DNA of 60,728 nt, counting the filler. It is 3 parts of 3 records of this genome, joined end to end, with 100 filler letters (N's around TTAATTAATTAA, not from the genome) between each part and the next. Parts side by side here need not be neighbours in the genome. Positions count along the whole stretch, not along the records: positions 13,657 to 36,301 come from DRR723986_6230; 2 more parts are not named here. One strand, 5' to 3'. Shown here piece by piece: positions 19,200-28,873 of the stretch. A program made the position numbers and the translations under genes. Below the pieces are notes generated by a model that was not told the DNA's origin, did no database searches, and saw only the letters and a program-made list of their open reading frames with translations. How positions within the stretch are numbered: the stretch's first letter is position 1; each line of letters starts with the position of its first letter.

Positions 19200-20204
19200 T
19201 CAGCCCTTCGTACGTCCCGCGTCCTGCCGTTGCCGCAGATAATCGCGATAGACGTCCGGAAGGTTCTCCTCCAGCCAGTGACTGAATTCAGCTTCGGATT
19301 TCGGTATCGAGAACACGGTTGCCGCCGATGTTCTCTTCAGTTTTGCCAGTACCGTTCCGTTCGATGTGATTTCTGCTGCAGCCTGAGTTGCCGGTGCAGC
19401 CTTCTTTTGTTTGCCTCTTGCTGCCTGCGTTACCATGGACATTCTGTCCTGCGCAGCAGCCAGCCTGAAATCCTCACCGTCTATGACGGATCGAACGCGC
19501 TGTTCGGCGGCAGGGTCTTCAAACAGCTTCGCCAGTTCCATCCACGCCGGCCGGCCAACATTCCTGGCACGGCCAATCGCGCGAATGATATCGTGCGGGA
19601 TGCTGTCGGCGATCTTCCGCATATTGGAAATGACCGTTTGAACCTGGCCGAGCACCGGCTGCATCTCGCGCTGCTTGAGCCCTGCTTCGCGCAGCTGCAC
19701 AGCCCACAGGACCATCTCCGCGAAGGTCAGGTTTTCGCGGACGCCGTTTTCAAGCGACTGTTCCTTGATCAGCTCGGCATCGCTCAGCTTGCGAACGTAC
19801 GCCTTGACCTTGAACGTCTCCGGTTTGCCGGCTTCCGCCATCAATGTCTGAATGGCAAACAACCTGCGGTGTCCATAGGCCAGCTGATAGCGGTCCCGTT
19901 CCGTGGGGTGCGGGCGCACCAGAACGGGGATCCTCTGCCCCTCATCCTGGATCGAAAGCTTGAGTTCCTCGAGAGCCTCCTGCGCTTCGAGGTCTGTTTC
20001 GAAGCGATCGGAAAACGGGCTTGGGTCGATTTTCGACGGATCAAGGGCAACGATGCTGTCCTCGCGCATATGCGACAAGGCGCGCCCCATGGAATTCACG
20101 ACGGGTGCGGTTACCTTCTGGCCCGCAACCGGTTTGGGCGGCTCCTTCTTGTCGGCAGCTGCAGCCGCCGCGTCGGACATCATTTTGACGATCGACTTTT
20201 TCAT
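19200..20204 (-). CDS. repB: plasmid partitioning protein RepB (ParB family)
   Basis: GQRIPVLVRPHP, YQLAYGHRR, ENGVRENLTFAE, VGRPAW. Confidence 0.95.
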   Translation of the reverse strand: MKKSIVKMMSDAAAAAADKKEPPKPVAGQKVTAPVVNSMGRALSHMREDSIVALDPSKIDPSPFSDRFETDLEAQEALEELKLSIQDEGQRIPVLVRPHPTERDRYQLAYGHRRLFAIQTLMAEAGKPETFKVKAYVRKLSDAELIKEQSLENGVRENLTFAEMVLWAVQLREAGLKQREMQPVLGQVQTVISNMRKIADSIPHDIIRAIGRARNVGRPAWMELAKLFEDPAAEQRVRSVIDGEDFRLAAAQDRMSMVTQAARGKQKKAAPATQAAAEITSNGTVLAKLKRTSAATVFSIPKSEAEFSHWLEENLPDVYRDYLRQRQDAGRTKG

Positions 20205-20206
20205 CG

Positions 20207-21445
20207 TCAAACCTCCCTGCCCCATACACTCTTGATCAGATCGAGAATTTCGGCGTTGACGCGGTCTGCGCTTTCCAGCGCCCGCTTCAGGGTTTCCCGG
20301 CCGACTTCACCGGATTCGATCTCGTAGAGACTTTTCTTGGCAACGCCGGCAGATGCGATGGCGGTCGATTCAATCGCCTCGGCCACAAGGACGTCAGTCC
20401 CGAACAAGTCCCGCATGGTGCCGGACATGATCTTCTGCGGCCCGTCGTTGGGATTGACCCTGGTCAGCAGGAACTTGGTGAAGTCATGTTCAAAAACCGC
20501 ACCGCCTTCGGACAACGTGTGAGTCACATCCGAAATCATCTTCAGGAACTGGGAGCATGACGAAACGTCGAGCATGGCCGGGTGAACGGTGATGATCAGG
20601 CCCGTTGCCGCATAAAGGGCCGCCATCGTCGTGTAGCCGAGCGAAGGTGGCGTATCGAGGACAACGACGTCATAGTGCTCTTCAACCGACTGGATCACGG
20701 CATCGAGACGCTGGAAGAACAGGCCAAGCTCGTCGGTCGTCCTTTCGGCAAGCGCGGTCGGCGTATCGTATTCGAAATCCATCAGGCGCAGGTTGCCGCA
20801 GGCAAGGTGAATGCCCGGGAAGTAGGTCTCGCGTATGACCTCGGAGAACGGCACGCGGTAATTGTCATAGCGCAAAGCGTCGTAGGTCGTGTCGGTCCGT
20901 TCGTCATCGTCTTCGCCGGACCGAAGATCACGATCCGGCTGAATGCCGAAGGTCGTGGTCATGGAGGCCTGGGGATCCAGGTCGACACACAGCACCCGGT
21001 AGCCCTGGATAGCCAGGTAATGGGCCAGATGAACGGAGGTGGTCGTCTTAGAGCTGCCACCCTTGAAGTTCGCAGCAGCAACGACCTGCAGTTTTTCTCC
21101 CGGTCGACGATGAGGCACGAGGCGATGCGCATCGTCAGGCCTGAGTTCCGCGAGGAATGCCCTCAGTTCCCAAACCTGATCGACCGTATAGATCCGGCGG
21201 TTGTTTTCGGCGCGATGCGGCTGCGGGCCCTTGCCTTCCAGCGTCAGGGTGCGAAGCGTGCTTTCCGGCACGCCCAGCAGACGAACCAGATCCGTCGTGG
21301 AAAACGTCCGGCCGAAAACCTTGCGGGCTTCCGGCGGGTAGGTCATTTCGCGCATCGTCTGCAAACGGTCAGAAAGCTTCTGCGTGAAACTTTCGATTTT
21401 TGCGGTCGTATCGCGTCCACCGGAAAATTGTTCGGTAACGGCCAT
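20207..21445 (-). CDS. repA: plasmid partitioning ATPase RepA (ParA family)
   Basis: N-terminal HTH, NFKGGSSKTT, VDLDPQAS, DTPPSLG, HPAMLDV. Confidence 0.96.
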   Translation of the reverse strand: MAVTEQFSGGRDTTAKIESFTQKLSDRLQTMREMTYPPEARKVFGRTFSTTDLVRLLGVPESTLRTLTLEGKGPQPHRAENNRRIYTVDQVWELRAFLAELRPDDAHRLVPHRRPGEKLQVVAAANFKGGSSKTTTSVHLAHYLAIQGYRVLCVDLDPQASMTTTFGIQPDRDLRSGEDDDERTDTTYDALRYDNYRVPFSEVIRETYFPGIHLACGNLRLMDFEYDTPTALAERTTDELGLFFQRLDAVIQSVEEHYDVVVLDTPPSLGYTTMAALYAATGLIITVHPAMLDVSSCSQFLKMISDVTHTLSEGGAVFEHDFTKFLLTRVNPNDGPQKIMSGTMRDLFGTDVLVAEAIESTAIASAGVAKKSLYEIESGEVGRETLKRALESADRVNAEILDLIKSVWGREV

Positions 21446-21936
21446 TAATGCCCTCTGACGGTTTCGTGCCCGATATGAGCGGTAACTCCGTCATGGATGC
21501 AGGATTCCAGCAGATGGTGCAAGGAAATTTAAGTTAACGAAACCCTAACCCGGCCTGGTTGAACCGGCATTCCAGATGCCTCTACGAAACTTTCCGACCC
21601 GACGGGTGTGCCAATCTTTGCCAGTTCCAGAGCATCATTCTAGCCGATACTATTTTTTCCTTATTTATTTCAATTACTTAATTTGCCCTTGAATGCTACC
21701 GCGAGGTCTCCGGCGATGGACCGGCCACATTTTCAGAACACTGGCTGAAGTTAAACCCACGCAAAATCTTCCTTGAAACTTTTCCGGGTGTTTTGCCGGT
21801 TAAAAGCAGATTTTCTGATGTTTCAACAGAATCGGTACGGTCAGAACAGGCGATCAGAGCTCGCTCAGGACTGGCGCAAGGTTCACCACAGAACTGGCAA
21901 TCCGGCAAAATGAGAGCAGCTCACCAGAGGCAACTC

Positions 21937-24189
21937 CTACTTTTTCAACTCTCCATAGAGCCCAAGCAGAGCGCCAGGAAGCCTGGAAAGGTCCGCGAGC
22001 TTTCTGACATTCTTGCCGCCAAAAATCCTGCCGGAATAATCGTTGCGGTTGTCGCCGAGCGAGAAACAGAAAACATCGATGCCGGCCATCGCCAATTCGC
22101 GCAAGGCGAAACGGGCGTCCTCCAGGAGATAATCCGGATCATCGACGTCAATATCGGACGGCTCCCCGTCAGTCACCACCAGCAATACCTTTCGATATGC
22201 CGTCCTTTCGGCAAGCTCACGCCCACCGTGACGCATAACCGGGCCGAGCCGGGTCGAGAAAGCACTTTCCAGACCGGCCAAGCGTTCATACACGCCTTGG
22301 TCGACCGATTGGCCGAAGTCCTTGATCCGCGCATATCGGACTGTCTCCCGAGTGTCCGAGCAAAACCCTGCAAGTGCGCAATTGTCGCCGGTCGTCTCCA
22401 TCGCCCCGGCCATTATCGCAGCAGACAGGCGTTCAAGATCGAGAACGCTGGCGCCCCCTTCGCCTGCCGGCTCGCCGGTGGAGTGTGACTGGTCGATCAG
22501 CAACAGGATGTCCAGGTCCCGTCCCTTGCAACTCTTCCGGCCGAAGATCCTCGGATCGGGGATCTCCTGGTTGCGGCGACTTGCCTGGGCATCGATGCAT
22601 GCATCCAGATCGAGAAAGTCACCGGTTTCCAGCCGGCGCTCCCGCTGGAACGCATTTACATTGGCACCGGAGATCAGAGAGATGAGAGAACTCTGTATCC
22701 TGGTTTCTTGCGTGAGGCTCCGCAACAGACCGGTTGCCGCCTTTCGCGGCGCCTCAGTGACATGAACAGTGCACCAGTCCGGGCGCATGCGGCGGCTGAC
22801 ATGATCGTATTCGGGATAGGTGATCAGCCGGGTTACCGCGTCCTCATCTCGAAGCCGTAGCTTTTCCGCTGCCGCGGCCTCTTCCTCGCGCTTTTCGTCC
22901 TCTTCGGGCTCCTGCCGGTCGGCCTCGTCGCGTTCTTGTTGCTCCAGGCGCACACCTTCCGTTTCAACTGCAACATCCATCTCGATCAGGTCTGGTTCCT
23001 CGTCGAAGGTCCAGATACCGAGGTTGTCGTCCCTGTAGGCCGGCTGCACCACATAAGTGCGGGCGTCGAACTGCAGCCGCATCTGCCCCAGATCGTTGGC
23101 AAGCAGTCCGCCAATTCTCCGGCAGAAGGTCTGGTCGTTGGGGGTCGCGGCAAAGGCTTCCTCGAACAGGCGTTTTCCTTTCTCCACCCAACCGTTGGTA
23201 TCGCTGTATTCCGGATCTATCAGCGTGCGCGACAACCGTGCCATCAAGGTTGTCGCCAGGTCTGCGGAGCGTGCATCCATGGTGTGGAAGCTGCTCCAGA
23301 GAGACCTCAGTCCCGGCATCTTTTGCAGAGCGAGCCGTTCGACCCGCGCGTCTTCAAGCAAGGAGATAACGGCGACTTGCAAGGGTTTCAGGGACTTTCG
23401 CTCAAACACCTGCCGGGTGAAGGCAATGTGAGCGCCGACATGGGCAAGAGCCGCATGATAAAGCTTCAGGCTGTCCGCGCGGTCGAAACCCGGAAACCCC
23501 GACGGCAGACGAATGCCATCCCGCCCGAACCCGGCCCTGCGAAGCATTTGCTCCGGAGCTGTGGCCGGGGTCTCGACAATGGGCGGAAGCTGACCCCACA
23601 AGGCGGCATGAAACGTCTTCAACCGAAGCTCTTCATCGTCAAAACGCAAGACTGACGACTGCCGGTCAAGAAAGTGCCGCGCTTCCGGGTCTTCACCAGC
23701 GAGAAACAACCGCGCCTTTTCGCGGTTCGTCAGTCTGAGTGCCAACCCCATGCCGACGAATGTCCTGTAGCCGGACAAGCCGATTTCTGCCAGGGATCTG
23801 TCAGACGTCTCAAGCAGTGCTTCAACGGCTTCCGGCAAGTCGCGTCCGGTCCGTTCCAAAAGCGCGCACCACTCCGAAAAAGCAGGAAATGTCTTCAAGT
23901 GCTGCGCTGCGCGAGCCGCTGTATTCGGCACCCTTGCCGATGCGCGCCGGCCGGAACGAATGGCAATCCAGGAAACCAGGCGTCCGAGATCGGCTGCGGC
24001 TTCTTCCGAAACCGCCTCTGCAACCATCGGGCCACAAATACGATAGGCTTGCGTTACGGTTTCGCCGTAACCGGCCTGGGCAATCCGGGACAGGGCTTTA
24101 GTCCAGACGGCAGACATTTGCCGTTCATATTCGCGCGTCTCAACGGTGTTGGTCTTTGCCGTGGCAGCCTCGGTCATCGTCGCCGCCAT
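21937..24189 (-). CDS. cbbO: CbbO-type von Willebrand factor A adaptor (CbbO/NorD family), 750 aa
   Basis: AHVGAH, LEDARVE, YRDDN, YPEYD..RPDW, MIDAS DQSHS, STRLG, TDGEPSDIDV; length and motifs fit CbbO better than NorD. Confidence 0.85.
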   Translation of the reverse strand: MAATMTEAATAKTNTVETREYERQMSAVWTKALSRIAQAGYGETVTQAYRICGPMVAEAVSEEAAADLGRLVSWIAIRSGRRASARVPNTAARAAQHLKTFPAFSEWCALLERTGRDLPEAVEALLETSDRSLAEIGLSGYRTFVGMGLALRLTNREKARLFLAGEDPEARHFLDRQSSVLRFDDEELRLKTFHAALWGQLPPIVETPATAPEQMLRRAGFGRDGIRLPSGFPGFDRADSLKLYHAALAHVGAHIAFTRQVFERKSLKPLQVAVISLLEDARVERLALQKMPGLRSLWSSFHTMDARSADLATTLMARLSRTLIDPEYSDTNGWVEKGKRLFEEAFAATPNDQTFCRRIGGLLANDLGQMRLQFDARTYVVQPAYRDDNLGIWTFDEEPDLIEMDVAVETEGVRLEQQERDEADRQEPEEDEKREEEAAAAEKLRLRDEDAVTRLITYPEYDHVSRRMRPDWCTVHVTEAPRKAATGLLRSLTQETRIQSSLISLISGANVNAFQRERRLETGDFLDLDACIDAQASRRNQEIPDPRIFGRKSCKGRDLDILLLIDQSHSTGEPAGEGGASVLDLERLSAAIMAGAMETTGDNCALAGFCSDTRETVRYARIKDFGQSVDQGVYERLAGLESAFSTRLGPVMRHGGRELAERTAYRKVLLVVTDGEPSDIDVDDPDYLLEDARFALRELAMAGIDVFCFSLGDNRNDYSGRIFGGKNVRKLADLSRLPGALLGLYGELKK

Positions 24190-24192
24190 GTC

Positions 24193-25020
24193 TTACAGGC
24201 AGGCAGAAACAGCGGAGGACATCGCAGCGCGGATCTCCGGCTCATCCACGAGCGGCAGCACGATGGCAATCTGACAGGCCTCTTCCAGCGGCACGCCTTG
24301 CGCTGTCAGCTGACCGGCCGCAATCAACATGCGCGTCGATGCACCTTCGCGCAGTCCGTGACCCTTGAGGTTCCGGGATCTTTCCGCAACCCGGACAAGA
24401 ACCCTTGCTGTTTCAGGCTCGACACCGGCTTCGCGCGCCACGATTTCCGCTTCGATTGCCGCATCAGGATAGTCGAAGGAAATCGCGCAGAACCGCTGCC
24501 GGGTGGATTCCTTCAGATCTTTAAGCACACTCTGATAGCCGGGGTTGTAGGAGATCACGAGCTGGAAGTCCGGATGCGCTTGGACCAGTTCATTCTTCTT
24601 TTCCAGCGGCAAATGGCGGCGATGGTCGGTCAGGGAATGGATGACGACCGTCGTGTCCTGCCGCGCTTCCACCACTTCGTCGAGATAACAGATCGCACCG
24701 TTCCGGACGGCCGCCGTCAGCGGGCCGTCGTGCCAGACGGTACCGTCGGCATCCAGCAGAAACCGTCCGACCAGATCCGACGCCGTCATGTCCTCATGAC
24801 AGGACACCGTGACGAGAGGACGCTTCAGCCGCCAGGCCATGTGCTCGACAAACCGCGTTTTGCCGCATCCCGTCGGCCCCTTCAGAAGGATCGGCAACCG
24901 TGCGGCATAGGCGGCTTCATAATGGCCGACCTCCTGTGCAAAGGGGCGATAAAAGGGTTCGCTGACAATGCGATAGGCGTCAATCGGGTCCTCAATCGGA
25001 CCAGCTATCGGTGCATTCAT
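24193..25020 (-). CDS. cbbQ: CbbQ-type MoxR AAA+ ATPase (CbbQ/NirQ/NorQ family)
   Basis: [77 protein letters not shown]. Confidence 0.92.
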   Translation of the reverse strand: MNAPIAGPIEDPIDAYRIVSEPFYRPFAQEVGHYEAAYAARLPILLKGPTGCGKTRFVEHMAWRLKRPLVTVSCHEDMTASDLVGRFLLDADGTVWHDGPLTAAVRNGAICYLDEVVEARQDTTVVIHSLTDHRRHLPLEKKNELVQAHPDFQLVISYNPGYQSVLKDLKESTRQRFCAISFDYPDAAIEAEIVAREAGVEPETARVLVRVAERSRNLKGHGLREGASTRMLIAAGQLTAQGVPLEEACQIAIVLPLVDEPEIRAAMSSAVSACL

Positions 25021-25209
25021 TCCTGGACTTCCTGTTGAAGACGCTGCAGCGGGGGAAATCGCTGCAGCGCCAGGAGGATGCGGCGCTGCGAACCGCATCG
25101 CTCGGGAGGATCGCTGGATCAGCGCGTGCCGCCAGGTTGCTGGCCTTCGGCAAGAGCTGATCGATTTCGAACCGGGCGAGAGACTTCCCGCCCGGACTGG
25201 ACCTGAGCC

Positions 25210-26247
25210 CTAGCGGTGGGTGCTTGCGCCGTTCGGGATGCCTTCCATCGGACATTCCTCGGTGCCGACCGTCGTGCGGGTCATGGCCTCGACCATCTCC
25301 CGCGTTCCTTCCGGATCGTTCACCCAGTTGGCGTAGAAGTTATAGGGGCAGGCTGCCTGGCCCTTGTCGCCGTCGCCGGAGTTGATCGTGCCGGTGTAGC
25401 CGCGGTGCAGCAGTTTGAAGAGGTGGTTCTGCGACTGCATGTTCTTGCGGGCATCGCGGATCCCCGACACCGACATCTGGGCATATTGAATGCCGTTTTC
25501 TTCGGTGCCGCATTCTCCCAGCGTCCGGCCGTCGAAACCGATCAGGGCCGAATGGCCGAAATAGGAATAGACGCCATCGAAGCCGGCGGCATTTGCAACC
25601 GCCACATAGCAGTTGTTCGCCCAAGCCATGGATTTGGAAATCTGGATCTGCTGCTCCTTGGCCGGATACATGTAGCCCTGGCAGCGGATGATGAGTTCCG
25701 CCCCGCGCATGGCGCAGTCACGCCAGATTTCCGGATAGTTGCCGTCGTCACAGATGATCAGGCTGATCTTCATCCCCTTCGGGCCTTCCGAGACGTAGGT
25801 GCAATCGCCCGGATACCAGCCTTCGATCGGCACCCAGGGCATGATCTTGCGGTATTTCTGGACGATCTCGCCCTTGTTGTTCATCAGGATGAGCGTGTTG
25901 TAAGGCGCCTTGTTTGGGTGATCCTCGTGTCGCTCGCCTGTCAGGGAGAACACGCCCCAGACGTTCGCCTTCTTGCAGGCTTCGGCGAAGATGGCCGTTT
26001 CCTCTCCAGGCACCTGGGAAGCGGTTTCGTACATCTCCTTGGGGTCATACATGATCCCGTGGGTGGAATATTCCGGGAAGATCACCAGGTCCATGCCCGG
26101 AAGGCCGACCTTCATTCCCGCGATCATGTCCGCGATGTTGCGGGCATTGGCCAGCACTTCCTCGCGGGTATGCAGACGCGGCATCTTGTAGTTGACCACC
26201 GCCACGCCGACGGTGTCGTTGCTGCTGGAAATATCACCGTGATACAT
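25210..26247 (-). CDS. amiE: aliphatic amidase (nitrilase superfamily)
   Basis: [25 protein letters not shown]; catalytic E (FPEYS), K (YRKI) and C (ICDDGNYPE); RBS GAAGGAGG. Confidence 0.97.
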   Translation of the reverse strand: MYHGDISSSNDTVGVAVVNYKMPRLHTREEVLANARNIADMIAGMKVGLPGMDLVIFPEYSTHGIMYDPKEMYETASQVPGEETAIFAEACKKANVWGVFSLTGERHEDHPNKAPYNTLILMNNKGEIVQKYRKIMPWVPIEGWYPGDCTYVSEGPKGMKISLIICDDGNYPEIWRDCAMRGAELIIRCQGYMYPAKEQQIQISKSMAWANNCYVAVANAAGFDGVYSYFGHSALIGFDGRTLGECGTEENGIQYAQMSVSGIRDARKNMQSQNHLFKLLHRGYTGTINSGDGDKGQAACPYNFYANWVNDPEGTREMVEAMTRTTVGTEECPMEGIPNGASTHR

Positions 26248-26280
26248 CAATTCCTCCTTCTAGGAACGGGTTGCCGCGCC

Positions 26281-26976
26281 TCAGACCACGAGGTGTTCGT
26301 GGACAAGGTCGTCGGACAGTTGGGCAATGCCGGAAGTGACCGCGACGGTGCCGCGGTCGAGGATCGCGAACCGGTTCGAGGCCCGGCGTGCGAAAGTGAG
26401 GTTCTGCTCCACCAGAACGATGGTGAGGCCCCTGGTTCGGTTCAGGTCGATCAGGACATCCTCGATCTGCTCGACGATGTTGGGCTGGATGCCTTCCGTC
26501 GGCTCATCGAGCAGAAGCACCTTGGGCTGGGAAAGAAGCGCCCGACCGATTGCAAGCTGCTGCTGCTGACCTCCGGAAAGGTTGCCGCCCCGCCTGTTCA
26601 GGAACTCCTTCAGGATCGGAAACAGCTCCAGCACCCAGTCGGCGATCTCACCCTGGCCCGATTGGGCGGCAAAGGTGCCGATCATCAAGTTCTCGCGCAC
26701 GGTGAAGGCCGGCAGGATGCCGCGGCCTTGCGGGACATAGCCGATGCCAGCGAGCGCTCTTGCGTGCGTCGGCAGGCTGTTCAATTCCATTCCGTCCAGC
26801 TTGACCGAACCGGACGTGCGGCTCATCAACCCGAGGACACTGCGAAGAAGCGTCGTCTTGCCCACGCCGTTGCGGCCGAGAACGGAGAAAAAATCACCCT
26901 CGTCAATGTCCATGGAAACGGACTGGAGCGCACGGCTTCGGCCGTAGAAACCATCGAGACCGTTCAGCTCAAGCAT
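26281..26976 (-). CDS. amide/urea ABC transporter ATP-binding subunit (UrtE-like)
   Basis: GRNGVGKT, YVPQGR, LSGGQQQQLAI, LDEPTEGIQPNIV. Confidence 0.92.
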   Translation of the reverse strand: MLELNGLDGFYGRSRALQSVSMDIDEGDFFSVLGRNGVGKTTLLRSVLGLMSRTSGSVKLDGMELNSLPTHARALAGIGYVPQGRGILPAFTVRENLMIGTFAAQSGQGEIADWVLELFPILKEFLNRRGGNLSGGQQQQLAIGRALLSQPKVLLLDEPTEGIQPNIVEQIEDVLIDLNRTRGLTIVLVEQNLTFARRASNRFAILDRGTVAVTSGIAQLSDDLVHEHLVV

Positions 26977-27730
26977 GGCCGGCCTCCTTCGTTCCAAGAT
27001 ATGCTTCCTTCACCCGCGGGTCGCTGGAGACTTCCTCCAGCGAACCTTCGGCAAGCAGCTTGCCCTGGTGCATGACTGAAATGGTTTCAGCAATGTCGCG
27101 CACGAATCCCATGTCGTGCTCGACGACAATCAGCGTGTGCTCGCCCCGCAGCCTGTTGAACAGCTCGGCCGTCTTGCCGGTTTCCTGCGCGGTCATGCCG
27201 GCTGTCGGCTCGTCCATCAGGATGAGTGTCGGGTTCTGGGCCAGGATCAGCGCGATCTCCAGCCATTGCGTCTGACCGTGAGACAGATGTCCGGCAGCAA
27301 GATCGAGATCGTCCTGAAGGCCGACCAGAACCGCAAGACGTTCGATGTCCTCGTCGTCATGACTTGCACCGAAACGCACGAGGTTGGCCAGAACGCCGGT
27401 GTTTCCTGATTGACCGATATTCAGGTTTTCCCGAACGGACAGTTCGCGGAAGACACTCGGCACCTGGAACTTGCGCCCGATACCGACACGGGCGATCTGA
27501 TATTCCTTCAGGGTATGGATCGCCTCGCCCTTGAAACGGATCTCGCCGGAGGTCACACGGGTCTTGCCGCAGATCAGGTCGAGTGCCGTGGTCTTGCCAG
27601 CACCGTTCGGTCCGATCAGGCACCGCAGTTCGCCGCTGTTCACATCCAACGACAGTCCTGAGATCGCCTGGAAACCGCCAAAGGACACACTGACGTCCCG
27701 AAGGCTGAGGTGGTCGGTTGCCGTCTTCAT
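26969..27730 (-). CDS. amide/urea ABC transporter ATP-binding subunit (UrtD-like)
   Basis: GPNGAGKT, GIGRKFQ, LSHGQTQWLEI, MDEPTAGM, VVEHDM. Confidence 0.92.
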   Translation of the reverse strand: MKTATDHLSLRDVSVSFGGFQAISGLSLDVNSGELRCLIGPNGAGKTTALDLICGKTRVTSGEIRFKGEAIHTLKEYQIARVGIGRKFQVPSVFRELSVRENLNIGQSGNTGVLANLVRFGASHDDEDIERLAVLVGLQDDLDLAAGHLSHGQTQWLEIALILAQNPTLILMDEPTAGMTAQETGKTAELFNRLRGEHTLIVVEHDMGFVRDIAETISVMHQGKLLAEGSLEEVSSDPRVKEAYLGTKEAGHA

Positions 27731-28845
27731 GACGCCGCCTCCGTGGTTTTCATGACATTGCTCGCGGATTTCCTGGCGCTGCCGGCGAAAAAGGGCAGCC
27801 GGTCGACGGCCATCGAGACGGCACCTGCAATGCCTTTCGGCAGAAACAGGACAGCGAGTACGAACAGCCCCCCCATGATCAGCATCCAGCTTTCCAGGAA
27901 GACTTCGGATTCCGACAGGGCCCCCTGGACGCCGGTCACGATCAGGGCTCCGATGGCAGCCCCCAGAAGGCTCTGCCGGCCGCCCACGGCGACCCAGATC
28001 ACCACAGAAAGACTGAGCGGCACGCTAAGGAATGTCGGCGAGGCGAATTCCATCACGATCGTGTAGAGCATGCCCGCCAGACCGGCGATGCCGGCCGACA
28101 GCGAGAAGACGAAGATCTGATAGAGCGCGACGTCGTAGCCGAAGAAACGCACCCGGTTTTCCTGATCGCGGATCGCTTGCAGGATCATGCCGGTCTTGCT
28201 GCGGGTAACCGCGAGCGACAGAAGCAGCACGGCACACAGGCACAGCGCAACCAGGTAATAGGTTGTCGCGGAATAGGCGTCGAAGAAGAAACCGGCCACT
28301 TCGAACTGGGCGAGATCCGTGATGCCGTTGAAGCCGCCGGTGTAGCGCTGCTGATCGATGATCAGGAGATTGACCACCACCAGAACGGCCAGAGTGATGA
28401 TCGACGCATAGACACCGGTGATGCGCCCACGAAACATGAACCAGCCGAGCAGTGCAGCAAAGGCGGCAGGGATCAGGAGCCCCGCCAGAATGGCGAAGGT
28501 CATGGAGTGAAACGGCGCCCAGAACCAGGGCAGTTCGGTGACATTGTTCCAGACCATGAAGTCCGGAAGCCCTTCGCTGCCGGTGTGCACCGGCACGGTG
28601 CGAAGCTTGAGGCCCATGGCCATGGCATAGGACCCCAGGCCAAAGGTGGCTGCCTGGCCGAGATTGAGAATTCCGGCGTAGCCCCAGGAGAGGCTGAGCG
28701 AGACTGCCAGGATGGCAAAGACCAGGTAGCGGGAATATTTGTTCAGGAGAAACGCATCGTCCAGCACGGACGGCACGAGCAAGATGGCTGCACAAAACGC
28801 CAGATAGAGCACCAGCCGAGCTGTTGATTTTCCAGTCAGGTTCAT
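27727..28845 (-). CDS. amide/urea ABC transporter permease (UrtC-like)
   Basis: WGYAGILNLGQ, LPDFMVWN, AIRDQENRVRFFGY, IWVAVGGR. Confidence 0.92.
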   Translation of the reverse strand: MNLTGKSTARLVLYLAFCAAILLVPSVLDDAFLLNKYSRYLVFAILAVSLSLSWGYAGILNLGQAATFGLGSYAMAMGLKLRTVPVHTGSEGLPDFMVWNNVTELPWFWAPFHSMTFAILAGLLIPAAFAALLGWFMFRGRITGVYASIITLAVLVVVNLLIIDQQRYTGGFNGITDLAQFEVAGFFFDAYSATTYYLVALCLCAVLLLSLAVTRSKTGMILQAIRDQENRVRFFGYDVALYQIFVFSLSAGIAGLAGMLYTIVMEFASPTFLSVPLSLSVVIWVAVGGRQSLLGAAIGALIVTGVQGALSESEVFLESWMLIMGGLFVLAVLFLPKGIAGAVSMAVDRLPFFAGSARKSASNVMKTTEAAS

Positions 28846-28873
28846 TGAATTGCGATCCTTTTTCCGGCCGTGA

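Noticed and set aside
21446-21936. parS palindrome or IS ends (ttgccagttc / gaactggcaa inverted pair)
   Set aside because: I found no convincing 16-bp parS palindrome. The 10-bp inverted match has no transposase or target duplication.
21937-25020. Calling these norQ/norD or evidence of carbon fixation/denitrification
   Set aside because: No nor, nir or rbc/cbb genes flank them; the context is amide catabolism.
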